This document shows, piece after piece, positions 1-18,314 of a stretch of 64,000 bases of DNA. The stretch comes from Marsupella aquatica. Its lineage: Eukaryota > Plantae > Marchantiophyta. Numbering within the stretch: position 1 is the stretch's first letter; every line of letters begins with the position of its first letter. The DNA is taken from assembly GCA_973895155.1 (NCBI GenBank), contig OZ316896.1:8763539-8827538 (forward strand). The letters run 5' to 3'. A program made the position numbers and the translations under genes. The notes under the pieces are model-generated. The model ran no database searches and was not told the origin of the DNA. It saw only the letters and a program-made list of their open reading frames with translations.

Positions 1-2989
1 TGTTTGAGTGGGCCCACATTTTACCCGTAGGCTTCACGCATGTGCAGCGTGCATGGGCAAGATGACCAGAGTCAATCCTGGGACCTCACTCCTGCAAACG
101 CTGCACTTGAGCCATCACGGCAAATACACCTCGATGTCAATTGTTTTTGAGGCAGACTACTTAAAGGGAAAAAATTAGTGTTCTTGGTGGGGAAATGACT
201 GCTGTACAAAAGTAGAATGTCTATAATATTGTGGATCTAGTGGATTAAATCTAATCCTTTTTGTCTCTTTCCTCATGGGCTCCAAGTATGAAAGCCAAAG
301 GGATATGGACTTTCCGTTCTTTAAAATAAGAATTTGGTTGCAATGAAATTCACCTTTTGAAGAAGTCAAGAAAGTTGCATGAATGAAACACTGTAATGAA
401 GGAACCTGCCAAAAAGGTTGGATCACAAAATGGAATGAGGCAGCAGCCAATTCGCCCTTCACTAATTTCCAGTGCACTGTGAGGGCGACCCATACACCCC
501 GCTGCCTTACCTGTCTGTCCGAGCTGCCCGGCGCCTGCCTACTATGAAGAAAAGAGTGTATTATGTGTTTCTGTGCATACACAGAGGTGTTCGGACTACT
601 TTACACTAATTTCAGTGCTGGGATGGAAAATGATCTCAATAGTTGGCACAGCAACACAATACATAAAGCTGACTAGTTCCATGGTAACATAGTAACTGTT
701 TATTACTAAGTTATGCTAAAATCACCCCAACTTTCTTAAGTTTCCCCCAAAACTTATTTAATTAGTAAGCTACCCCCATGGAGCCATCCTAGTTGCACAT
801 TCCAACTATGTGACTTGTTTATGGCCATGTGATTCCTTGCAAGGGGGCAACTAATTAATTAAATGAGTTAAGGGGGCACCTTACTATTGTTGTTCAATTT
901 TGTGGGTGAGATATAAAGAATTAAACACTATACTATCCAATCCTGCCCATTCTGAGTGATAGCCTTTTTATGGAATGTCATCTAGGTGGGAAGAAATCAT
1001 GGTCATTTTTTAGGAAAGTGTTTTATGTCTCCCTTTGATTGTCCAAAAATATCTCACATGCGTCTTTTGTGTTGAGCTCACCATCTGTGCCTCACCCTCC
1101 ATGCCTCACCCTCACCCTCCAGGTGCAACTCAAGGGCTTGTGCACATAGAACATAGTAAATCTCATAAATTTGACCATGTATGCATCTCCCTTGCTAATT
1201 GTGTCACTCAATGGTATTGCACTTGTAGAACACATAAAATCTCATTTGGCCAGGAAACAGGCACACAGGCCCAAAGTGGGATAAGCACTTTGGCAGAGCG
1301 GGGTGGGCATGTGCGAGTCCCCATTCTGGTAAATTTGAAAAATGTCGAGCATCTCCAAATGCTGACCTGGCCTGTGAGGACTGCCTTGGTTGCTTGTTAT
1401 CCCGGTGTAAAGGCAGGCAGGCAGGGCACAATGGCAGGCCAGCTACTAGACAAGTGAGCGGGGGAGGGCGGGCGTGTATTGTTGGTATTGTTGGAGTGAC
1501 AACCAATGGGTGGTAACTAACATACTAACCATTCATTCTCCAAATTTTGCAATGTTCCTTGGATCATTTGTCTGGAGCCCCACCAGGAGCCCCTCGTCCT
1601 GCAGTCATAAACTTGGTGGGTGTCCTAAGTACTCCCATAGACATAATTGGGCTCCCACAACAAATAAATGATTTTAAGTAAGTTTTTGGCACCTGGCCAT
1701 AAAAATAAATTTGACCCAAAAACGGTGGGAATGGAAAAAACATGTCTCCCGAAATGGGAAGGAATCAAACTCCGGACACTTACTTTACAAGAGGCTTGAA
1801 AACTTTTATATGAGGTGAAAGGCCCTGGAAAAATGTGTTCTCTGTTGAGTAATGGCCAGCACATGTTTTGGCTAGGTGTCAACCAAAGATTAGAAAAAGT
1901 AGACTGAGAAAATTCTTCTTGGCTGGGAAAAATAAAAATGTAAGCCTGTAAAGCTGGAAACAAGTTAAAATAACTTTTCTATATCTTTTTGGTCAAACAT
2001 TCAAGTGAACGTACCTTTCTCCATCGTAGGTAGCAAACCAAGCTAAGGGTATGGTACTACTACTATGACTATTAGTGACGTAATATAGCAACAGTGGACT
2101 CAGACACTACAGCCTGAAAAGCTGTAAATTAGGTCAGATACCCTCTAAAACCTGATTTCTGTCAAAATATATAGGCCTCAAATACCTATATGGGCAATGT
2201 GAGAGCATAATACCAGACAACGAGAAAACAGATTTAAAAAACGCTATTTTGCAGGTAAGTATTATAATGGCCACCTGCAAAGTCTGGAAGTGACTAAGTC
2301 TAAGCCAAATACCAATAAGGGAAGATGTGGATTTAGAAAACCTTCTTTGGGCACTTCCAAAGTCTGGAAAACAAGTTATGTCAAAGAAAATTTTCTTGAT
2401 AAAGATCACAAACCAAGATATAATTATGACCTACCACTACACTTGTTAGGGGGTCTCAAACCTCAAAATTTGATGTAAGGAACTTAGTAGCTAAACTACC
2501 ACTAGCCACAAAACCTGGATCCATCAGGTTTCACCATCAATATTACCATTTTATTCAAATGTGGAGCAAAATGGCACGGGAGAGGAAAAAAGTGGAATGT
2601 GAAAAGGTGAGAAATCTTTACGGACCCCCATTAGGGGTCTCTTGCAAATTCTCTGCCATGAGATTGCGCCACATCACCGCAACCAGCCACAAACAGGAAT
2701 GATCCTACTTTTAACAATAACAAATGTGCACATTCCTGTTTGTGGCAGAAGCAACGTAATTTTTTGGGCGCCATGCCGTAAATATTAAACGTAAAAGAAA
2801 CCAAAATACAGAGGAAGAGATGTCATTTAGTAAAACAAAGTTACCATTTTGATGTTTGTCAAAAATATATGAGTGTTTTATATCAAAATGCTTGTATTTT
2901 TTAATTGTTTGCAAGTTTGAAAAAAGCAATTGATAAAAATGTACATAGTTAAAACCCCTTTGGCTTCACATTGTAAAACTAAATAATAA

Positions 2990-3455
2990 ATTTCCTTAGT
3001 ACTTGATAAAATCTGCCAATGTTTGATTCATTGGAAAACTCAAGATCAAGATTTAGAAACTTGTGAACTCTTTAGTAATGTCTTGATAAAATCTCTCAAT
3101 GTCACACTCATTGGAAAGCTAGAGTAAAATTAAAAACTCATCATCTCCTTAGTACTTGACAAAATCTATCAATGTTAGGTTCATTGGAAAGCTAGAGAAA
3201 TTTAGATACTCATGATCTCTCTATTTCTTACAAATAATCTCAATGTCACACATTTGAAAGCCTCTTGATCTCTTGAGTACCGTGACAAAATCTGACATGA
3301 AATTTGTCAATGTCGGACTCAATGTTGGAAAGCTAAAAGAATTCATGAACTCATGATCAAAATTTCTTATATTCACACTCATTGGAAAGACAAAGAAATT
3401 CAAAAACTCATATGGAACTTGACAAAATTTGTCAATTTGAGGCTCATTGGAAACC
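2990..3455. repeat. Degenerate tandem array, ~70-80 bp unit
   Basis: About 6 recurrences of CTTGA(C/T)AAAATCT...CAATGT...CTCATTGGAAA(G)CT. Confidence 0.7.
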
Positions 3456-4448
3456 CTTTCTTGATTAAGAGATATCACAATCTTGTCACCATCACAAACT
3501 TAGCCGCTACAAATTGATTTCTTTGATTACGTCGCCATCGTTGTCCACAACGCTTGCTTCTCGGCTTGAATTGTTCACATCTCTTAGATAGTCTTCAACT
3601 AAAGCTCACTCTGAACACAGGTTGACGCCAAATGCAGTTTCTATGTCAAAGAAACAATTGTTGGCTTCCCCTCACACCATAGCTTTCTTAAATAAAAATA
3701 ACTACAAATCCTTTGTGTGAAGTGATGACTCGTTTGTTTTGTGTGTTCTTCCCACCGAATCGACAAACTCTCTTTTGCCAAAGCTGAGTGTTGTGCTCCA
3801 ATCTGTCTTGTGGCGATAATGCTCAATGTAACTCACAAACAATCAATCAAGAATGGTTGAAAGATGATTTCTCCAATGTGTAAGCAAAACCTATTAAAAA
3901 ACTTAATTCCTCCACATTCAACCTTCCGTTTGATAAATCTCTACCTTTTGAGCATTTGTTTTTGTACGAGCACACACCAACACCATCGGGAGACTCAAAA
4001 CCGTTGGTTACCGCCTTGATGAAAATTAATTTCACTTAATCATACACACATTCCTTGGATGAACATGGGGGTCCACGGATTAATTGACACTTAATTCCAC
4101 TTTTATATGGCTAGTGGCAATTTAAGGTTCCTAATAGAAATAGTGTGGATTCATAATCAATACTTTTTTGCTATAAAGATTTATCATATGCCATGACCAT
4201 AAGTCATTATAGAATCTAGTGAAAAAATACTTTTACATAGTCCTTTGAAAAACTATAATGATTATTTATGGCCAAAAACAATCATCTGTGACTTTGAAGC
4301 TTCCTAAACAAGCCCATTTATAGCAGGGGCATAAATTGTACGGACTACCTAAATACATGCCACATAAGGATTAGATTAAAAGGAACACGATAAGAATACT
4401 TTGCTTGCAGTGGTGCTTTGACACACCCGGCTAGTGTGATTGATTATA

Positions 4449-4891
4449 GGGCGTGTCAAAACACCTCCATTAGGGAGATAGGGCCAAGGACATAAAAATA
4501 TTTTATAACCAATACATAAATCTATACAGGTTACCTAAATACATATCTTATATATAAAGTGCTAAGGGAAACTAGAGTTAGGTCTAGGCTTTTAGAGTGA
4601 AGACTGTAGACCTTGACTCTAGGGCATCACCATAATATATGTACATAGAAAGAAAGATGTTATGATAAGTACAATTGTTAAAATGATGGGGTTAATGGTT
4701 TTCTTTATCATTTCATTAAGATTCAAAGAATGAGAATAGAAAATATATTTTGTTGACACTTTCATTATACTCTCTTCTATTCAAGTTCAAAGAAAGGGTA
4801 ATAGGGCTAAACCTATAAAAACTTGAGTCCAAAAAATTTCAGCCATAAGCCTATCGTTATATCTCTACTATGACACTCCTCTGACACGCCC
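4449..4891. mobile_element. Possible decayed MITE with GGGCGTGTCA termini
   Basis: GGGCGTGTCA at 4449 is the reverse complement of TGACACGCCC ending at 4891. Flanks ATA/TTA are only an imperfect TSD. A related end motif occurs at ~5280-5289. Confidence 0.35.
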
Positions 4892-4899
4892 TTATATAT

Positions 4900-5226
4900 T
4901 AGGGGGACTCAAATATCGGGCCGGGAGAGTTTTGCAGCCGCCCGAGTTAGGTTCGGGTGGATACGGCCTGAAAATGTGCGGGAGACCCTTAGGCTAGCCC
5001 GCACACTCTGACCGCGGCATTTCAGAAACACCTGGGGACAGACTCCCGTAGTCACTTTTTCCCCCCGGAGTGTCACATTACGGACATAAAATAATTGCGG
5101 TGACAAAGATTCCTTCCCCCGTTATACTTGCCCGCAGGACACCTCACGGGCAAAAGTAACCTCCCGGGAACACACATGACAGCCCCATATTTGAGACCCC
5201 CTATTATAAGGATTTGAGACCCCCTA
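4900..5226. mobile_element. Non-autonomous TIR element (possibly hAT-like), right end duplicated
   Basis: Left end TAGGGGGACTCAAATAT pairs with ATATTTGAGACCCCCTA ending 5203; a second copy of the right end finishes at 5226. Flanks TTATATAT and TTATACAG match 6/8. The same terminal motif recurs at ~2447. Confidence 0.5.
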
Positions 5227-5306
5227 TTATACAGGGTGCCACTCATAAGACTATTCTTACATCTCCTTTGACACCCCTTTGGCACGCCCTAATATATCAT
5301 ACAGGC

Positions 5307-5348
5307 TGATACCCCGTTAGTGATACCCCGTTAGTGATACCCCGTTAG
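5307..5348. repeat. 14-bp tandem repeat x3 (TGATACCCCGTTAG)
   Basis: Three exact adjacent copies. Confidence 0.9.
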
Positions 5349-5496
5349 TTTGAAAATTTAGTATACACGGGTGATAGGAGTAGCAGACCCCTGGTTAGGT
5401 GTTTCGTGGACAGGGCGTTCCAACGGGGAACTTCCGCTGCAGCATACCTGCTTTGGACTGTGGTGCCAATGCTACCCTGGTGGTGGACCAGACTCC

Positions 5497-7103
5497 ACAG
5501 AGAGAGAGAGAGACGAGAGGCGAGGAGGGGTGCGGCAGCACGGCAGAAGGGGGAGACGAGAAAATAATAATAATAATAATAGATGGATTGACGAAGACCT
5601 TTTTTCCGCCCTGCTGCTGCCTCTGCGGCTCTAGATGTCGATAGAAAGAAACGAGGCTCGAAGCGAGCGAGCGAGCAGCGAAGACGCGGGGCGAGCAGAG
5701 GAGTAGTAGCAGAAGAGTTGAATAATGTTGAAGGCAAGGAGCAGGAAGGCAGGGGAGGGCGAGGAGGAGGAGGAGTACGACAACGAACGGTAGGAACACG
5801 GAAAACGGAGTTGAAATCTGAGTAGTTCGAGACACTGTGAGGCAGGATCGGGGAAGAAATAGTGAGGGAGTGAGGGAGGCGGGGGAGTTGACGAGAGACG
5901 GAGGAGGAGGAGGAGGAGAGAAGTAGAAGAAGGAAGTTCGTCTTCTGTCTGTCCGGGTTTGGCGAGAGTATGTTGGATGATGAGGGAGAGAGAATAGGCT
6001 AAACAAACAGAGTATGTATTTATGTATGGGTTCTGGGTCCGCTGCACTGATGAGCCAGTCGTCGATCGATTTCATGATTGACATCAGCAACTCCGCGTCG
6101 GTGTTGTTCGCTTCTGTTTACCCTCCTCGCACAACCACCAGCACCACCGCCGTGACCAGCACCAGCACCTGGCGCCGAAGCATGATGTGCGTATGCTACG
6201 TGTTCCGTTCCGAGGTGCTTTGTCTCGTCTGAGTTGGCGGCATCGGTGCTCTGCAGGTTTGTTTTGCTTCTCACTGAAGTTCACTGATGAGTTACTGCCG
6301 TCCCGAGTTCCTCGTTGTGCAGTCATTAGCCAATTCTTCACCCGCCTTGGCTTTCCGGCGAGTAGGCGAGCACAAGTTTGTTCCTTGTCTGTCTGATCCA
6401 GGGATCGAATTTTGGACAGGAAGGGTCAGAATCAGCTGTAGTCTAGGTTTTCGACTGGCCTATCGGCGCTACTGATTTTTCAAAATAAAGGGTTAAGCTC
6501 ATCTCTCTGATCTGTTTTCTCTTTTTTCCCTCCCTCTCCCTTCTGAAGACAAATTTTGTGCCTTCATCTTCCGTGGGAGCTCTTCGGACCGTGCATCGCA
6601 TCTCTTGAGGCAAGGTGTCTACTTTCAGTCTGATCTTCCACTCGTCTCCCGTGCTGGTATCTTGATGTATGGTCATGGATCGTGGTTCGAGATACGCAGG
6701 CTGACACATGGCGACTGTTTCCCCTGTGGTTGTTTTGTTTTTCAGTGGATGGATTCCCCGTGCTTTTCATGTACTGAAGGCGAGCTTGGAAAGTGGCGAT
6801 GATGTTGGCCTCGAACGACCAATCCGATGTGGAATCTAGATCATGGTCTGTAGGAAGCTGTCCGCTGGCCTGACTTGAAACTGATGGAGAACAGGATCTT
6901 CCACGGGTGTGGTGTACTGCTGGATTTGGTTTTAGCGAGGGACCAACGTTTAACCATGTAGGTCTTAGAATGGCTGCGAGTGGCAGTGTTTCAGGTTCTC
7001 AATTTCAACGAGGGGGGCCCCCTGGGGAGAAGTTTCTCAATAGCCGACGCAGTTGGCTGGCACGGTGAAAAACCCGCGAGCAATCTGGAAGCAGGGCAGG
7101 GCC
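5497..7103 (+). promoter_or_regulatory. Probable long, intron-containing 5' leader of PI4K-beta
   Basis: GA/GGA microsatellite-rich stretch typical of plant 5' UTRs. Candidate donors at 6012 (GTATGT) and 6257 (CAG|GTTTGT); candidate acceptor TGTAG at ~6961. Confidence 0.45.
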
Positions 7104-14082
<6,979 letters not shown>

Positions 14083-16071
14083 TTCGATCTGAATTGTAGA
14101 TCCCTCCTTCACATTTCAGAATTGATCAGGCTTCGTGATGCATATTCACATCCTGTGAAAGGTAATGTTTTTATATACATAGGTTATCTCTTGTACCCTA
14201 TTATGCTTGGTCAAGTCAACATTTGACAAATCCTCGCATAATGTTATTGTTCAGTAGGCAAGGTTACGGAAACTGATATGTTCGTGGAATTCCACGCTGT
14301 AGATTCGCAGATTAATGACAGACAGGATTGGTAGAGGCTCGGAGATTGTAAACTTCAAAGAATAAAGCTTTGTTCTTGTTCTCTGATTTGCAGAATTGAT
14401 GTTCCTTGGATTTTGGCTGTCCTGTCAAATTCACGGGAACCCTCGCACACGCGAAAGTGGTCCTGCTCAGTTGATCTTATAGGATTACATAGCATTCCTG
14501 TTTGGCGTGGGTGCTTCAGATCAAAGTATTGTCTAGCTTAAAGAATGTCATGATAAGTATGTGAGACTGGAAGCTACTAACCCTTAATTGGTTGACACGA
14601 GGGCTTGAGCTCCGACCCTGACGGTCTTTGTGTTGTGTATACCTAAATTTTCTTGTAACAAGTACATATTTTCAGTTGTATAGATCCTGGATTTGTTGTA
14701 GGACTAGTGTGCAGTTTGGAGAAGTTTCAGATCATTTGAGTGCAAAGCCTTTTGATATCTAAGCCACACAGGGGATAAGTGGCTATCAGATATCATGCAC
14801 CAATGTACCAAAATTAATTCTCTTTTATGTGGAGGTACAGTTAGATGCCTGCAGTGGTTGCGGCAATCAAGGGTGGATTTGGTATCTGAAATTGTGAGTT
14901 TTTCACGTCATGAGATCAAGTTTATGATTCATGAAATTGACCAAAATTCATTGCAGTCTTCAAATGCTAGAGTTGGATGAGAGAGCCGGGCTTGCCTATC
15001 ATGGTTGTCGTGCAGTAATATGATGGTGGAGTGTCTTCCAAAGTGGATGTAGACGACTGCATTTTCCTTACGTTGGAAAAGATCAGAATTATAGAGATGA
15101 CAGTGGAAGGAGGATAGTCTGCGGGTTGCAGAACAGTATCTTCACAGGTCTGGGTTCAACTTGTATTCATTTCCAGTGAAATGAACAAAATGCAGTTATA
15201 CATCCTACTGAGACATAGTACTTATCATATTCTTGGCACCGACTTCGGCAAATCTTTAAAAGTTTTACTGATCGTTATGTAGCATGAGCCAGAGCATTGT
15301 ACTTTTCACGGCCTAATCAGCTTATCGGCGAAACTTAGCTGAGGGACGTGACTGGTTTCAGTGAAAGTATACAGTTGATAAGGCGTCATGGGACATATCC
15401 AGGTCACCAGGGAAATTGAAACAGGATGGCGAGACTTCACAGCCTTGAGACTAATTATGCCTTCCCTCTGACAACAGTCAAAATGATCGAAAGGCTGTGG
15501 ATTTGAATACAGAACAATAGAAGGGTGTATGATGAGGACAATCATGGTCTACATGAAGTGTTCACTGTCAGAGCCTTGGTCCACACTTTGTAAATTTGTG
15601 ACCTCGTGCGGATTTCTACAATATGTCTCTTCTAGTCAACAGGGGTCAATGATCTTCATAGCTGAGAAAGGTTGGGACTAAATTGGCCTTCTTCATCTCA
15701 GCTAGACCATGGGATTAACTATGCAGGCCCTGCCCATGGTGACGCTCGCCTTATAGACTGGTCTTTATCATGATTTCTATCAGCAATCGAGTTACAAACC
15801 ATAGGAGTTCTGGTCCTGTGCACGAGATGGACTATCCTTGAGTACAATTCTTAAGGGGGGGCGGGAGGTGGGATATTTTTCAATGACCAATAATGATAGG
15901 GAATCTCACTCTCTCCGACACATAAGTACACTATTGCATGCTTAGCAAAGCTGGGTAGAAGGGGATCATCCTCGAGTTTAATTGATTCTTGGGGCGGGGG
16001 GATATGATTGATTGGAATGACCAGTAAGTTTACTAATCAAGCGTGATGCAAAACTACTGTCACGCCCTATA

Positions 16072-16212
16072 CTATGGAGTGAAGGCTCTAGACAGTATAC
16101 TCTGGAGTGAAGGCTCTAGACAGTTCTCCACAACTTCACTCTAGACAGTATTCTCTGGAGTGAAGCCTCTAGACAGTTTTCCACAACTTTCACTCTAGAC
16201 AGTTCTCCACAA
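16072..16212. repeat. Tandem repeats of CTGGAGTGAAGGCTCTAGACAGT and CACAACTTCACTCTAGACAG
   Basis: Several near-identical units. Related GAGTGAAG...TAGACCTT motifs occur at ~4594 and ~27447. Confidence 0.7.
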
Positions 16213-16967
16213 CAAAAAAATGGACAGTGACTTGAAGTAAGGACAAAAATGACAGTGAGGGTTGGCAAAAAACAAGAATGTGGGGAATGACAAACAAAAG
16301 TGACATTGACTCCAAATAAGGACAAACTGATAATGACTCTAAATAATAACTAAACTTGAAATTAGGTGGACAAAAAACAAGGATGGGGCAAAGATGAAAG
16401 GGAAATAACATACTTCTATTTATGTTCAAGGACAGAGTAATCAGGCTACCATAGTGATGCAAACTCTCTCCCTCTCCCTCATATAAGTACACTACACTAG
16501 ACTAAGTGAAAATGGGACACATGTTATGGATTAATTTCAATTTCAAAGTCTTACATATGTCCTTTGAAGTCAGACCTAAGCTCAAGTCATAAGTGGGGAT
16601 CAAATGAATGATTAGAAAGCATAGTGAACAAAAGGTTTGGGACGGAGATCCCATCTGAGCTCATAGCTCATCAGACTGACATAGCATATTTGTGTGGGCA
16701 AGAAGACACACCCCACCCTCCCTCTTTTAACATGGAGGGATGCCACCGCTTTCCATTAGGCCCCTTCCCCATTGTGGTCAACAAGCTAGGATCATCCTGG
16801 AGTTGTAAACCTTCTGTTCTTAAACCTCTGGTGTACTTTCTCTGGTGTGCTTGGCTTGGGGCTATGAGACTTTGGCCACACCTCCCACTGTAGCTCAGGG
16901 GATTATAAGACTTGGTTGAAAGTGTCTGGTGGAAATAAGGCTAAAATATTCAGGGTAACAGCTCTTA

Positions 16968-17358
16968 GAGCATCTCAACCGTTGCTTTCAGGAGTTTCCC
17001 TCAACTTTTCCCAAAACCCTTCCCCACCAGTGCCTCCATCCAATAAATTATTGCGGCGACCACAATAATTTCAACCTCGCAACCTCCAGTTTCTATGAGA
17101 TAGGCGGTCAACATGCAGTGCCCCTCCCCTAACCTGCAAATCGATCAACGGTGATGAAGCCAACATTTAGAACAGCAGGCGGAATCCCGACGACCTGCTC
17201 GAAAACCTGCCTTTGCGGGATTGAGATGGCGGTTGATTTTAGGCAAGACAGGTGGGGTTCTACAAGCTTTTACAGGCTATAGGCTTTGAGGGATGCCATC
17301 TATGGCCGCAAACAGACCCGTTTAGAGGTTTGCGGCCACTGCTCCCCTGGAGATGCTC
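16968..17358. mobile_element. Tourist-like MITE (PIF/Harbinger)
   Basis: TIRs GAGCATCTC...GAGATGCTC with a perfect TTA target duplication at 16965-16967 and 17359-17361. 391 bp, non-coding. Confidence 0.85.
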
Positions 17359-18314
17359 TTAGGGATTACTGCCTGTAAGAGCTTTCCCACCTGTGTTCGC
17401 CAAACAGTGCATCATTGGGCTGTTTGCAAGCCAGTTCAGGAAGGGTCCAATGCACTGCACCATTGGTTCCGACTTCCATCATACACCAAGTGAGCGGAGG
17501 TCGACTGTTCACACCAAGAGAAAAGCTGAAGCACATCTTTGCAGTCTTGGCGCTGCAGAGAAGTCTGAGAAAAAATGACGCAGCCAATCACAGCCGTCAA
17601 TTGATCTTGGCAGGCTATGTGCCGCTATGTCCTGGAGCGCACACTACCAACCTCGGCAGTCAAAATGGAGGGCTGCAATATTAGGGCGTCTCAAACTTCT
17701 CCTTTCTGTCTCCTGTCGTGGTCAGTGACAAATTCCCAGGAAAAGCTACAGACATAAATGTGTGTTGGCACACTCTTGACCTGTGACCAAAACAAGTAGT
17801 TTCAGGCATAATTTTTTTTTCCCACAATTTCAAGGTTTGAGATGGCCTATTGGGATCATGTTGCAACCTGGGCACAATGGGGGTTCAAAAACTGGGCCGT
17901 GTAGGCTTCTCCCACTAAAGTTGCTCCCGGCCTGACCCAATAGCAGACCAGTGGGAGTGCTCCTGACCCCTTCAGGGCATGGGTTCTACCCTTTGCAGGA
18001 ATGGGGTACGAGGTGGCAAAGGGGGTGAATGGAACCGAGGCCTGGCCCCTCCCGCCCCCACAAGGGACCCAGAATTGGCAGCATTGTAGGCGAGGGTTTA
18101 AGAAGGGTTTGGCAGGGCGTAACAAGAAGCGAGAGAGAGCCCCACAGATTGAGTCCCATTGCGTTAAGCTAGTGAGATTCCGAGGTGAGAGCAATTTGCA
18201 GCGGGGTGGTTGTTTGGCTATCGCGCAATTGGGCACCCTTTCTCTCTCTCTCTCTGAGCTCTGAGCTCTTACTCTCCGAGCTCGTTCTGTGTTTGTTTCA
18301 GTAAGAGTGGAACG

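Noticed and set aside
175-2480. Several 60-140 aa ORFs
   Set aside because: No recognisable motifs or consistent splice structure; probably intergenic or repeat-derived.
5345-6090. Minus-strand ORFs of 130-231 aa
   Set aside because: Low-complexity translations of GA/GGA/AAT microsatellites in the PI4K-beta leader region.
7053-7103. ORF-track N-terminal extension of PI4K-beta from a TTG
   Set aside because: Non-ATG start; the homolog-like N-terminus begins at ATG 7104.
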